Below, piece by piece: positions 19,100 through 28,748 of a DNA stretch of 64,000 bases. Below the pieces are notes generated by a model that ran no database searches, had not been told where the DNA came from, and saw only the letters and a list, made by a program, of their open reading frames with translations. This DNA is from a virus: IMG/VR virus record IMGVR_UViG_3300045988_179151, one strand, 5' to 3'. Every line of letters begins with the position of its first letter. The stretch's first letter is position 1. Made by a program: the position numbers and the translations under genes.

Positions 19100-21180
19100 T
19101 CCCCGTTCATTTCTTATCTAGCAAAATTGACGTCCTCCCGGGGTTGAAACCCCGGGATTCCCGTTTACCTCATGGTAAACGGGCTCAGTTCTCGTCTCCA
19201 ACTCATGGATGAGTCAAAGGCGACTGCTAAACAGCAATGACCTGCTTCGGGTAAAGACCCGATCTCAGTATGTGTCTGAGCATTGGAAGTTTCACAAGAT
19301 GGAAGACACATATTAAAAATACGTATCGTTCGCCTCAAAACCTCTTTATACTGTGTAGAAAGAAGAGGTTCTGTCTTGTGCGGTAACGAAGGAGCGTCAG
19401 TCCCTCGGGTTTTATCGTCTTTTCCTTGACAAACATTTTATTTTAGATACCAAGCTAAACGCTCGGTTTCGATTGGTTCTTGAAGGAAGTCCTTCATTTG
19501 CTTATAGAAAGCAGGAAAATCCTGTTCTAATTGTTCTTGTTGGTAGTGACCGTTCTCAATATGTCCGATGAGAAAGGCTGAGTAGAGATCGCGTTGTACG
19601 TCTGGGTATTCACTGGACAGGTCATACACGCGAGTGGAAAGCGATTTTTTATCAAAGGTTTGAGTGATGTGGTTGTACTGGCTCGGTTTCACGTCTTTTG
19701 GTGAAATGACTTCGACGTCAATACCGAGTTGAGAAGCTCTTGTTTCAAGAGCGACTCTCAAAGCGCTTGGAGCGGCCCTAAAAATGGCTTTTCCAAAACG
19801 CTTCTTACTATAAGGTCGATTGGTCTTTGGATTGATGCGAATATCTCGACTTCGTCTTTGAAGTCCTTTGACACCCAATTCCTCAATCCGGATGCTCGAC
19901 GCTTGTGAAACAATTCGGCTAACTAGTTGACCTTGAATCTTTTTACGCTCTTCAGATAAAGAGCGGTAAACCTTGCGCCTGCGATTTCGCAAACGAACTT
20001 GTCGATTGGACGGGCGTTTAAATCGGGCGCCTTTCTTGATTTTACCCCGCTCATCATAGCACTCAGGGTTATTCACTCGTTGACTGCGCTCAATGTTTCG
20101 GTCGAGTTCTTTCAGGAGTTTTTCCTTCCGAGCGATGGTTGTAGGTACTAAATCAACCAAGGCAACTTCTGTTGGTGACGCAAAGGCCACCGTCGAAATA
20201 CCCGGGTCAATTCCAACCACTCCTTCACCTTTGGTAACCTTTGGCGGTGGAAATCCCTGACAGACAATCTGGAGGTAATAAACCTTCTTTCCTCGAATGG
20301 TTTTTCGAACGATTTGGACATATTTGATTTTCTCACTACGCATCAAGCTGATTTGTTGGTATTTGTTAAAAGCTTTAACTGGAATATCTACAAAAGTTGA
20401 AGCTTTGTGGATATAAAGTCGATAAGCAATACCTTCTTTATCTGACGGTTCGAGTCTAGTTCCTGTCGTGTTGACACGATTGCGGAAACTAACATCTAAA
20501 TCGAACTTACTTCTAAAATGCACTTTGTGCGGTTTGATTTGATAGAAGAGAACTTTTTCTAAAGTTTTATAAGCTTGAGCGGCAATCACCTGGATTTCAC
20601 CTGAGTTGAATTGCTGGTAAGGCGAACCCGGTTTTCTTCGTTGCTGAGCAAGAACTTTTTGAAGTTCCGATTCGGTCAAGCTATACGCTTTTCGTAATTC
20701 GAAAAGAGCGTTGTCATAGTCTTTGACTTGTTTGCTTAAAGCTTTGTCTTTTTTCTTAGTCTTTTTCAAAGCAGCTAATTTAGCAACAACAGGGCGTCGT
20801 GCTTCTAGCAATTCTTGATACTGGGAGTTTTGCTTGAGGGCTTCAAATCGTTTGAGTCCAAAGCTCAGTGCCTCATTATAAGCACTATTTGAAATACGCA
20901 AACTTTTTTCCAATCGTTTTGCAATTGACTCAGGAAACGGAACCTTTGTCGAAACCACATAACTTGAGGTTTGTGCTCGCATATGGGCACACTCCTTTCC
21001 ATTTACTTTTTATCAATAGTATATCATAAATGATATCAAACATCAAGTTTTACCGGTTCAGAAACCTGAGGATTTATTTGATGAGAAACGTAAATGAACG
21101 GCATTAAATGGTATATTTGAGAATATCGTCGGCCCGATTCATCCTGGGGTTGAAACCCCGGGCTTTCTCGGTCCATCTAT
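19100..21180 (-). mobile_element. TnpB-only IS-like element bounded by matching subterminal hairpins
   Basis: cccggggttgaaaccccggg at 19137-19156 and cctggggttgaaaccccggg at 21143-21162 flank the TnpB gene. About 340 nt of structured noncoding sequence lie 3' of the gene (19100-19437). Confidence 0.55.
19438..20982 (-). CDS. tnpB: Large TnpB-like RuvC nuclease (514 aa), no zinc finger
   Basis: GIDPGISTVAFA is RuvC-I; IRIEEL is RuvC-II; DVQRDLYSAFLIGHI is a RuvC-III-like D..(N/Y)(A/S)A..(N/L)I. No Cys pairs in the C-terminus. Confidence 0.55.
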   Translation of the reverse strand: MRAQTSSYVVSTKVPFPESIAKRLEKSLRISNSAYNEALSFGLKRFEALKQNSQYQELLEARRPVVAKLAALKKTKKKDKALSKQVKDYDNALFELRKAYSLTESELQKVLAQQRRKPGSPYQQFNSGEIQVIAAQAYKTLEKVLFYQIKPHKVHFRSKFDLDVSFRNRVNTTGTRLEPSDKEGIAYRLYIHKASTFVDIPVKAFNKYQQISLMRSEKIKYVQIVRKTIRGKKVYYLQIVCQGFPPPKVTKGEGVVGIDPGISTVAFASPTEVALVDLVPTTIARKEKLLKELDRNIERSQRVNNPECYDERGKIKKGARFKRPSNRQVRLRNRRRKVYRSLSEERKKIQGQLVSRIVSQASSIRIEELGVKGLQRRSRDIRINPKTNRPYSKKRFGKAIFRAAPSALRVALETRASQLGIDVEVISPKDVKPSQYNHITQTFDKKSLSTRVYDLSSEYPDVQRDLYSAFLIGHIENGHYQQEQLEQDFPAFYKQMKDFLQEPIETERLAWYLK

Positions 21181-21190
21181 GTAATAAATC

Positions 21191-22294
21191 TTAATTTTTT
21201 AACTTACATTTAAAGTAAATCTCAGTACACAACCATTGCACTGAACCGACAATGGCTCCTACTGCAAAGATAGACTCAAAACTCAATTGCAAATAATGCA
21301 AAAACAACCATAGTAATGTTGGGGTCATAACCGCTGTCGGTACGGCATAAATAAGCTGAGCAACACCGTTCAAATCATGACGATATGAACGACTAATTGC
21401 AAGCCACATATAATATCTTAGTTTGGTAACAATCTCAATTGGCAAGAAGAGCCAGATAACTGGAGAAATGATTCCTTGATAAATTGATTCAGGTAACCAA
21501 GTTAAACCGAAATAGGCAATGAAATACAGAGATACAATAGAAATCAATGCTCCGACTGCGGCTTTCCAAAAGACAAATTTATTGTCTTTATATGGAATAG
21601 CTTCATTCAAACCAACATTTCGAGATACATGACTGTTTAATAGTCCGGCCATGGAATCAACCCAACCTTCGGGTAACATCATAAGATTTGAAATCCAATA
21701 TTTGATACCGGCATAAATAGGATTAATTGTAATTGTTAGACCAACACCAATAATTGCTGATATACGTGGCGCAAGACGTCGAACCAACTCCCATTTTACA
21801 ATTATCCAATAAGACTTAATTTCTTTCCATGAAAACTCAAATCCTTTAGAAAAGAATTGTGGTATTGGTTTTGTCCATAAAAACCAATATAATGGTATTG
21901 CATTCGTTATTATGTTTACAATTAACGCTGTGTTCACACCCAACTTCAAAACATGAGTTGTGAAGAAGATACCAATCAACATAGACCAAGCTATAGTATG
22001 ATCTAAAACTGTAGCCTGTTTACTTCGACCTCGTGTTCTTAAATATGATGGAATAACTGTTGCCCACGGCGCCGCTATCAAAATTGATACAATTGACAGT
22101 TGAAAATAAGGAATATAGAATGGTAAGTCCGATGGTGCTACACCCAAAATTAATAGTAATTTAGGAAGAAACATGAAACTACCAATAGCCGATGGTAATA
22201 GCATGAGATAGAATAAATAGATATGGTTTTTAACTACTCTTGATTCTATACTTAATCCTTGTTTCTCTATTAACTTGGGCAATGTGGCCGTCAT
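21191..22294 (-). CDS. Polytopic membrane protein (367 aa, about 10 TM), unknown function
   Basis: Hydrophobic segments throughout. Start lies about 25-45 nt from the putative guide region of TnpB-like copy 2. Confidence 0.5.
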   Translation of the reverse strand: MTATLPKLIEKQGLSIESRVVKNHIYLFYLMLLPSAIGSFMFLPKLLLILGVAPSDLPFYIPYFQLSIVSILIAAPWATVIPSYLRTRGRSKQATVLDHTIAWSMLIGIFFTTHVLKLGVNTALIVNIITNAIPLYWFLWTKPIPQFFSKGFEFSWKEIKSYWIIVKWELVRRLAPRISAIIGVGLTITINPIYAGIKYWISNLMMLPEGWVDSMAGLLNSHVSRNVGLNEAIPYKDNKFVFWKAAVGALISIVSLYFIAYFGLTWLPESIYQGIISPVIWLFLPIEIVTKLRYYMWLAISRSYRHDLNGVAQLIYAVPTAVMTPTLLWLFLHYLQLSFESIFAVGAIVGSVQWLCTEIYFKCKLKN

Positions 22295-22337
22295 TGACGT
22301 TCTAGCGGTGTAATAGGTTGAAGATAATACTACCGTT

Positions 22338-22561
22338 ACTCAAAAGTACTAAAATGTAATAATAATAACTTTTAAGATCAATTTTAGAATTTTTCAATTC
22401 AAGGTCTAACGGTTAACCTATTCCACTTCAATTCATCTCATTTCGACTAATGCCAGGCAATAAGACTTGTCATTGAAGTTTCTAATTGAACAAGGCCTTA
22501 AAGGGAGATGCCAAACTGTCTTGCGTTCATACATCTTTATAAGGCTGATTGTTTAAAGAAC
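22338..22561 (-). ncRNA. Putative omega-RNA scaffold of TnpB-like copy 2
   Basis: The reverse complement of 22372-22561 matches 11377-11566 with about 7 mismatches. The sequence diverges beyond ...ctaaaattgatc. Confidence 0.5.
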
Positions 22562-23899
22562 TCATTTAAAGGCGTCTTTAAAACCTTGTCCACGTCTCGC
22601 AATAACGAATGAAGCTCCGACGTGAACATTGAGTTTCATTCGTGGACAATAATGTTTTTTCGCCAACCAAGACGTCCACGCAGGGTTGACTTTTCTTACA
22701 TAAACTAGATTTCGAAAAGCAATGTTTTCGACAACATTAGAAAATTGACGATAGGCTAAAGAGTGTAACATTTCGTTGTATTTACGACCTTGTCTTGATT
22801 CTGTTTTAGCCTTCTTCTTTTTAAAATTCAAATCTTCAATGCAAATATCTTTACCTGTTTGAAGAGCAAGTTCGACAATCTCATTCACTAACTTTTGAAG
22901 ATCCGTTGTTGTCTTAGAACCAGCTTTAAAACGATACGGCAAAACTTGCGTTCGTAGAAGATGACCATACTCATTGGTTTCTGACAAGGTGACGAAACCT
23001 TTGTTGAAATCAAGACCAATTGTTCCATAAGACGAACGTGTTAAAAAATCATCATCTTCGACATGAATCTCAAAAGTGCAATATAGATAAAAACGATTTC
23101 GCTTTTTAATAATTTTGTAACTAAGAGGGCTATAACCTTGTCGTAAAATTGAAACAAGTTTAGATTTGTGATGTCGGAAATAGACGCGCCCGTAAACGTA
23201 TTTATCTTCTTTACTAGCATTTTTGTAATCTCCGAAATCTTTTCGCAATTTAATGTCAAATTGATTGTTTTTCGGATTATAACTTAATTGGAGCATATGA
23301 TTTTGTGCTTTTTCGGATTTTGAACCAACGAAAGACATTTGACTGTCTCGTTGTTCAACAAAACGTTTATAATTGCGCTTCAATAAATATTTAGTGCCAA
23401 AACACAATTTTAAATGTCCAAACTCAATTTGATAAATTATGTTTTCTAATTTTTGTTTTAGTCGATTTAGTTTATTCTTTTTATAGACGATTTTGTGTCG
23501 AACATTTCGAAGTCGAACTGGTGAACCTTTTGAATTAGATTTTAACTGAGCAATGTAATCATCGCGTTTTAGAATAAGCTTTGGAAGCACTTTCTTTTCT
23601 AAATGTTCAATCTTTTGTTCAAGCTGCTTTTTTTCGAAAACCTTTAATTCTTTCAAAGCATTTAATCGACCTTGAGCATCAGAAATAATAGAATTTGCCA
23701 TTCGACATGTAATTCCATATTTATTTTGAAGATACGTATTATAACTTGATTTATCAAACTCATCTGCGTTTTTAATTAGATGAAACGTCTCACGCATGGA
23801 TTTCGCATAACATTCACGACGATCATCAAAATATTCAATTAAATCAGCATTGTTTTTCTCATGCAATTGAGTGAAAACCGTAAACTTACGTTTATGCAT
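22562..23899 (-). CDS. tnpB: TnpB-like protein, paralog of 10039..11376 (~90% aa identity), same D->H RuvC-III change and no zinc finger
   Basis: C-terminus NPAWTSWLAKKHYCPRMKLNVHVGASFVIARRGQGFKDAFK. Substitutions cluster in the N-terminal half. Confidence 0.6.
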   Translation of the reverse strand: MHKRKFTVFTQLHEKNNADLIEYFDDRRECYAKSMRETFHLIKNADEFDKSSYNTYLQNKYGITCRMANSIISDAQGRLNALKELKVFEKKQLEQKIEHLEKKVLPKLILKRDDYIAQLKSNSKGSPVRLRNVRHKIVYKKNKLNRLKQKLENIIYQIEFGHLKLCFGTKYLLKRNYKRFVEQRDSQMSFVGSKSEKAQNHMLQLSYNPKNNQFDIKLRKDFGDYKNASKEDKYVYGRVYFRHHKSKLVSILRQGYSPLSYKIIKKRNRFYLYCTFEIHVEDDDFLTRSSYGTIGLDFNKGFVTLSETNEYGHLLRTQVLPYRFKAGSKTTTDLQKLVNEIVELALQTGKDICIEDLNFKKKKAKTESRQGRKYNEMLHSLAYRQFSNVVENIAFRNLVYVRKVNPAWTSWLAKKHYCPRMKLNVHVGASFVIARRGQGFKDAFK

Positions 23900-23998
23900 T
23901 GATGTTCCTTTCTATGTATTTTCAATATACTAATTATATCACAAATCAGAAAGAACATCAAATAAAAAAAGTCAAAAATCATTACAACTATAAAAAAG

Positions 23999-24229
23999 TT
24001 ATTTCAATTTTGTACTATTTTGAAACTGCTGACAAACCCAAAAAGCATCATTAACTCCAAATAGAACCGTTATTCGTTCTACCAAACTTTTATCTGCTAA
24101 AAGACTAAAGCATAAGATCCAACCAATTTCAATAGCATTATCAGCTAGTGAACCTATAAAAGCATGATAAAGCATCTGTGTCAGCTTTTGACGGGACCAA
24201 GGCTTATTCGTTAACATTAGATACCTCAA
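23999..24229 (-). CDS. Small hypothetical protein (76 aa)
   Basis: ORF overlapping the 3' end of the next gene by 26 nt. Weak support. Confidence 0.25.
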   Translation of the reverse strand: MRYLMLTNKPWSRQKLTQMLYHAFIGSLADNAIEIGWILCFSLLADKSLVERITVLFGVNDAFWVCQQFQNSTKLK

Positions 24230-25067
24230 TCAAGTGTCGCAGACCTTTAAAATAGTTTAATATTTCATTTAATTTTTCAACATAAGGATTATCTAAATCT
24301 TGAACTTCTTTAGTTAGACTACCAAATGGAAGCATTGATTTGTGTATATCTGCATCATCCCTATTGTACATCGCTACTGACCAAGCATCATGAACCATTT
24401 CATCTGTAATGTCAGTATTTAATGATAAAGCAGTTAAAATAAGTTGAGTATAGAAAGGTATAAATATTTCCGAAAGTGAAGAATATTCAGTTCTAAATTC
24501 AGAGCTAACCTTTTCAGCAACTTTATGGACGTAAGTATCCCCTAATCTATTAGTTTGTCTCAAAATGACACCCGAAAATACAAGGTAATCACTTAGATAG
24601 TAAGGTTGGTCGAAAATCGCAACCTTAATATCGTTTCTATCTTTGTATAATTCAAGTGTCTTGTTATAAAAACCTTTTAGGTTTGTCCAATATTGAGCAT
24701 TGTTACCTCTTAGTTGACTACGTTCTTTATAGACAGACTCGTTATCTCCAACATCAACAACTACTATTTCTACTGAATACCCCTTGTTAATCAAATAGTT
24801 CAAGGAGTCTTGTTGCAACCAACCAGTCACAACATCATATTGACCTGAGTCAATGACTTCGCACCAGTCTGTCATGTAACGTTCAAACCAACCGTCATTT
24901 ATTTTGCGATTTGGAATACTTTTGAACTCTTCATTAGACAGATGTTCAAACCCTGTTTTATCATACTTATACTCCAAAGTATGTTTATCAAAGTCATAAA
25001 CGTTTGAATAAGTTTTGTCGAGATATGTTTTACCAACACAACCAACTGTCAAAATAATTCGCGTCAC
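24204..25067 (-). CDS. P-loop NTPase / kinase-like protein (287 aa)
   Basis: N-terminal ILTVGCVGKTYL is a Walker A-like motif. Confidence 0.4.
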   Translation of the reverse strand: MTRIILTVGCVGKTYLDKTYSNVYDFDKHTLEYKYDKTGFEHLSNEEFKSIPNRKINDGWFERYMTDWCEVIDSGQYDVVTGWLQQDSLNYLINKGYSVEIVVVDVGDNESVYKERSQLRGNNAQYWTNLKGFYNKTLELYKDRNDIKVAIFDQPYYLSDYLVFSGVILRQTNRLGDTYVHKVAEKVSSEFRTEYSSLSEIFIPFYTQLILTALSLNTDITDEMVHDAWSVAMYNRDDADIHKSMLPFGSLTKEVQDLDNPYVEKLNEILNYFKGLRHLIEVSNVNE

Positions 25068-25163
25068 GCCCTACCCTCATGAATCTTTCTTTGATGATAT
25101 CTTTATTATATCATATTTGACCACTTAAAGCCATATTAAAAAGATGGAAATTTTACATTCGGT

Positions 25164-26357
25164 TTAAAAATCATTCGGCACATCCCCTTCGAAATATGTT
25201 TCAATAACCACCACATCGTGTTGTTGGCGACTTCCTGTCACGCGCCATAACAATTGTCGATAATCATTATACTCGCCGTTCGAGGGTAGAACTGGGTCAA
25301 GCACCAATATCGCGTGGAATCGCGATTGTAATCCGTCAACACCTACGCCCATCACTTGCTGAGTAGCAACCATTATCGGTTGCCCGTTATCATCTCGACG
25401 CTCGCCACTCCAAAATGCAATATGTGAATTGCGTTCTTTAATGATTTCCGCTATCTGAACCGACTTCGTGACGATTAAGAGTCCGCCCGGCGCTTCTTTA
25501 ATCATGCGATCGACATAAAGCAAGGTTGGCGTGTCTACGTTCACGGCTTTTAGTTTCGGAAAATCAACCTCAACGCCAGTTTGACGAAGATATCGCATAA
25601 ATGACTTCCGACCGAAACTTTGACGAGCCATTGCCGATTGCTTATTAACACGTACTAGATTGTACTTCTTGAAATCTCGAATCAATTCAGGGTTCGCGTC
25701 TTCTAGCATGACTCTGTGGAACCTGAGCTCGTGACCATTGTTCTCAATCGCGTTTTCGATTGCTTCAATCTCTTCATAACTCATAAAGTTCATCAACTGA
25801 GAAACATATTGATTGTAATCTCGAAAATCGTGCCATTTTAGTCCACTTGCCGTCCACGGATCAGATACCATAATGCCCCAGTAGCTCTGCCACTCCCACT
25901 TGTTCGATGGATAAGCCCCGCCAAAAATCGTTTGTTCTAATCCAAAGAAGTTCGTTCCTTTTCGACGAATAGGCGTTGCTGATAAACCAACGGTGTAGTT
26001 ACGCTTTACTTTCTTATACGTAGCTAGATTGGCTTCTGAACACATATCTTGCCATTCATCGATAATGAAAACATCCACATTAAACTTAACACCTTTTGCC
26101 AGACGATTCTTCAATGTTTTATCTGTGATACATGTAACATCCGTAAAAGAATAATGTTTCAGTGCTTCTTTCCAACCATCTAAGATAGACAACTTTTTAT
26201 TCACAATTAAAATGGATTGAGCGCCTCTTGCGCGTGCAATCTCAAGCGCACACAGAGTTTTTCCTCGACCCCCAGCCGCTTCTAAAAATATTCCAGGTGC
26301 ACTTGTTAGACTTCGTCTAACCGCTTGTTCCTGCCATTTTCTAAGAGTTAATCCCAT
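25164..26357 (-). CDS. SF2 DEAD/DEAH-type helicase (397 aa)
   Basis: Motif I AAGGRGKT, motif II IDEWQ, motif III GLSATP, motif VI-like QQVMGVGVD. Confidence 0.6.
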   Translation of the reverse strand: MGLTLRKWQEQAVRRSLTSAPGIFLEAAGGRGKTLCALEIARARGAQSILIVNKKLSILDGWKEALKHYSFTDVTCITDKTLKNRLAKGVKFNVDVFIIDEWQDMCSEANLATYKKVKRNYTVGLSATPIRRKGTNFFGLEQTIFGGAYPSNKWEWQSYWGIMVSDPWTASGLKWHDFRDYNQYVSQLMNFMSYEEIEAIENAIENNGHELRFHRVMLEDANPELIRDFKKYNLVRVNKQSAMARQSFGRKSFMRYLRQTGVEVDFPKLKAVNVDTPTLLYVDRMIKEAPGGLLIVTKSVQIAEIIKERNSHIAFWSGERRDDNGQPIMVATQQVMGVGVDGLQSRFHAILVLDPVLPSNGEYNDYRQLLWRVTGSRQQHDVVVIETYFEGDVPNDF

Positions 26358-27397
26358 GGTTCTTCATCAATTCCTTCTGATATATTCTGAGAAAAACCGT
26401 TTAACTGAATAGGTCTTTCTGCTACTTTTTCTTTGAAACGTCGCCAACTGTGCATACCCAACACCATACAATCATCAAGAGAAGTGTTTATACTATCTTC
26501 ATCTGATAAGAATTCGCCTAAAAAAGCGTCCATCTCATGATCCTCTTGCAAACATAACTTACCAATTGTCTCCCACGATGATGATTTAAAAACATACTTC
26601 AATAATTGATTTCCAAGAATATCGATTAATGTATTGTTTTCATCATCCGATTCAATATACTTGTGAACCATCAAATTAATGTAATCCATATAGACATCCT
26701 CCGTTACAGGTATTTCATAGATATCAAATGGACGCATATAAGCTACATCTAAAACGATATAGTTGATTGTTGGTTCTTTATGCTTCGACCAAATGCCCAG
26801 TGTTGGAAAATCAGAATTTTTCACAATAGCATTACCTACAACAAAATAATCCTTCTGATTATAGAAACTATCCCATAAAAGCATCGTATACAATTGATCA
26901 TACGTCATACGATCTTTTCCAAAATAGTAATCTCGGAAATTCTTTCTATCGTCACAAATAACGTATCGAATGCCTTGGCCTAACGATGTTGCTAAAAATG
27001 ATAAGTCATAATCCAATAAGGATAATTCATGAAGGCTAATAAAACAATAAAACGGTTCTTTATCGGCTGACGTATCACTTAAACGATAATTTAACAACAC
27101 CTTTGCGTTAATCAATTCTTCAGCGGTTGATGCAACATTCAACTTCGATTTCAATAATTCAAAGATGTCAGCCGGAACAGAAATATGGCTATTATTGTTA
27201 AAAAAGTCATACTTGCGATCAGCTTGCGTTAAGATTTGCGCCATAGATAATGGCATGTTCTCAACTTTAGATTGACCATACGCATAGTTCTTTAACGTAC
27301 CATATTTAATCCCGGTCTGTTTTGATAATTCTTTCAAGTCAGACTTAACCAACAAAAGCTTAATTTGCTCTGGTGAAAAAATGTGCAATGTTTCCAT
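26348..27397 (-). CDS. Hypothetical protein (349 aa), co-directional and overlapping with the helicase gene
   Basis: 10-nt overlap with the helicase ORF. No motif recognised. Confidence 0.4.
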   Translation of the reverse strand: METLHIFSPEQIKLLLVKSDLKELSKQTGIKYGTLKNYAYGQSKVENMPLSMAQILTQADRKYDFFNNNSHISVPADIFELLKSKLNVASTAEELINAKVLLNYRLSDTSADKEPFYCFISLHELSLLDYDLSFLATSLGQGIRYVICDDRKNFRDYYFGKDRMTYDQLYTMLLWDSFYNQKDYFVVGNAIVKNSDFPTLGIWSKHKEPTINYIVLDVAYMRPFDIYEIPVTEDVYMDYINLMVHKYIESDDENNTLIDILGNQLLKYVFKSSSWETIGKLCLQEDHEMDAFLGEFLSDEDSINTSLDDCMVLGMHSWRRFKEKVAERPIQLNGFSQNISEGIDEEPWD

Positions 27398-27539
27398 ATA
27401 AGTATTACCTCAATTTCATATTCTTTCTTATATTATAGCACAACCATTTCTTAAAATCAAGAAAAATCTTCAAATAAATAACGAACCACGTTCGTTATCG
27501 TTTTAAACTGAACAAACTATCATAGAAAGAAGGAATTTC

Positions 27540-28271
27540 ATGACACCCGATTTACTCAACCAACCAATCACGATTCAAAACATTATTCGCGATCCATATT
27601 GCAAAGATGACTTTCTTTTCGAAAAAGATGAACTAACCTTAATTCACAAAATCATCGTCCTTGCAGGACCAAACGGTTATGGCAAAACAAGCTTGATTAC
27701 AATGCTAAAAGAATCACTCGAACAAGCAGGGGCTTTTTCTTTTGAAAATGACGCTCATTCTAGAAATCTATCTCAAGGCCTTGCTAAACTCTTCGACCAC
27801 GAAGAACTTGAACACGAAACATCTATCGGATTCATCTCTTACGATTCACATAATGACGACTATAGCAACGCGATATCATCCGCGTTACTAAATAAAAACC
27901 CAATCTTAACAGTCCTGCGTAAAGAATCCTCCGAAGGCGAAAACAATCTAATTTCACTGGGATTATTGTTTAATGAAGCTCAAGACGTCGTCAATGAGCA
28001 TCCTAATCTTAAACAATTAATCATCTTCGTTGATGGTATTGATTCAGGATTATCTGTTGATAAAATTAGTTTCATCATCGACACTCTACCGCTCAAAATC
28101 AAACAAATTGAAGAGTTACGCCCGGAGATTGAGGTCGCTCTAGTTTTCACAGCTAACAATTACGAATTCGTTCGAGACTTACCAACGATCGACCCTATCA
28201 CTTTCGAAAAACTTGACTATCATGATTATGAAGAGTTTCGAACAGACATGCTTCAAAAAGCAAAACGTTAA
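27540..28271 (+). CDS. Small P-loop ATPase (243 aa)
   Basis: VLAGPNGYGKTSL is Walker A; LIIFVDGIDSG is Walker B-like. Divergent from the helicase operon. Confidence 0.45.
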   Translation: MTPDLLNQPITIQNIIRDPYCKDDFLFEKDELTLIHKIIVLAGPNGYGKTSLITMLKESLEQAGAFSFENDAHSRNLSQGLAKLFDHEELEHETSIGFISYDSHNDDYSNAISSALLNKNPILTVLRKESSEGENNLISLGLLFNEAQDVVNEHPNLKQLIIFVDGIDSGLSVDKISFIIDTLPLKIKQIEELRPEIEVALVFTANNYEFVRDLPTIDPITFEKLDYHDYEEFRTDMLQKAKR

Positions 28272-28295
28272 TTTTATAATTAGAAAGGATACAAT

Positions 28296-28469
28296 ATGAT
28301 CTACGAATTTCTCTATATTGACAAACCAATCGACGTTTCCGTCACAATTATTTCAATCTGCACCACAATAATTTTCTACGGCACTTTCCTATTGCTATCC
28401 CACTTAAAAAATCAACAAAAACAAAATACAAACTATCAATCAACAATTACATTCACGCAATGGCATTAG
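28296..28469 (+). CDS. Possible small membrane protein (57 aa)
   Basis: RBS agaaaggatacaat before ATG 28296. One hydrophobic helix. Below the ORF-track cut-off. Confidence 0.3.
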   Translation: MIYEFLYIDKPIDVSVTIISICTTIIFYGTFLLLSHLKNQQKQNTNYQSTITFTQWH

Positions 28470-28732
28470 GCCTACTATTCGGAGCCTTAGCCCTAACAAT
28501 CTCAGTAATCAGTCTTTACGACAACGTAACGTCCCCAAGCAAAAACATCAAAACAACAGATATCTATCGTATTACTAAAGAAAAAGATTATCTCACTTTC
28601 ACAGCTAAAAAATCATACATCCATCTCTACAAAACGAAAACAGTAGAAATCACATATAGCAATTCAAGTGAATATGTCGTTATCATGAACAACCAAACCT
28701 ATAAAATTCCGAAAGAATCAATCAGCAAATAA
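28460..28732 (+). CDS. Small protein with N-terminal TM helix (90 aa)
   Basis: MALGLLFGALALTISVISLY... from the ORF track. Confidence 0.35.
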   Translation: MALGLLFGALALTISVISLYDNVTSPSKNIKTTDIYRITKEKDYLTFTAKKSYIHLYKTKTVEITYSNSSEYVVIMNNQTYKIPKESISK

Positions 28733-28748
28733 ATAGAAAGGAAACCTT

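Larger units (their letters stand above)
22338..23960 (-). mobile_element. IS200/IS605-family TnpB-only element, copy 2 (inverted relative to copy 1)
   Basis: The left-end-like sequence upstream of the gene (reverse complement of 23900-23960) and the 3' region are conserved with copy 1. Confidence 0.6.
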
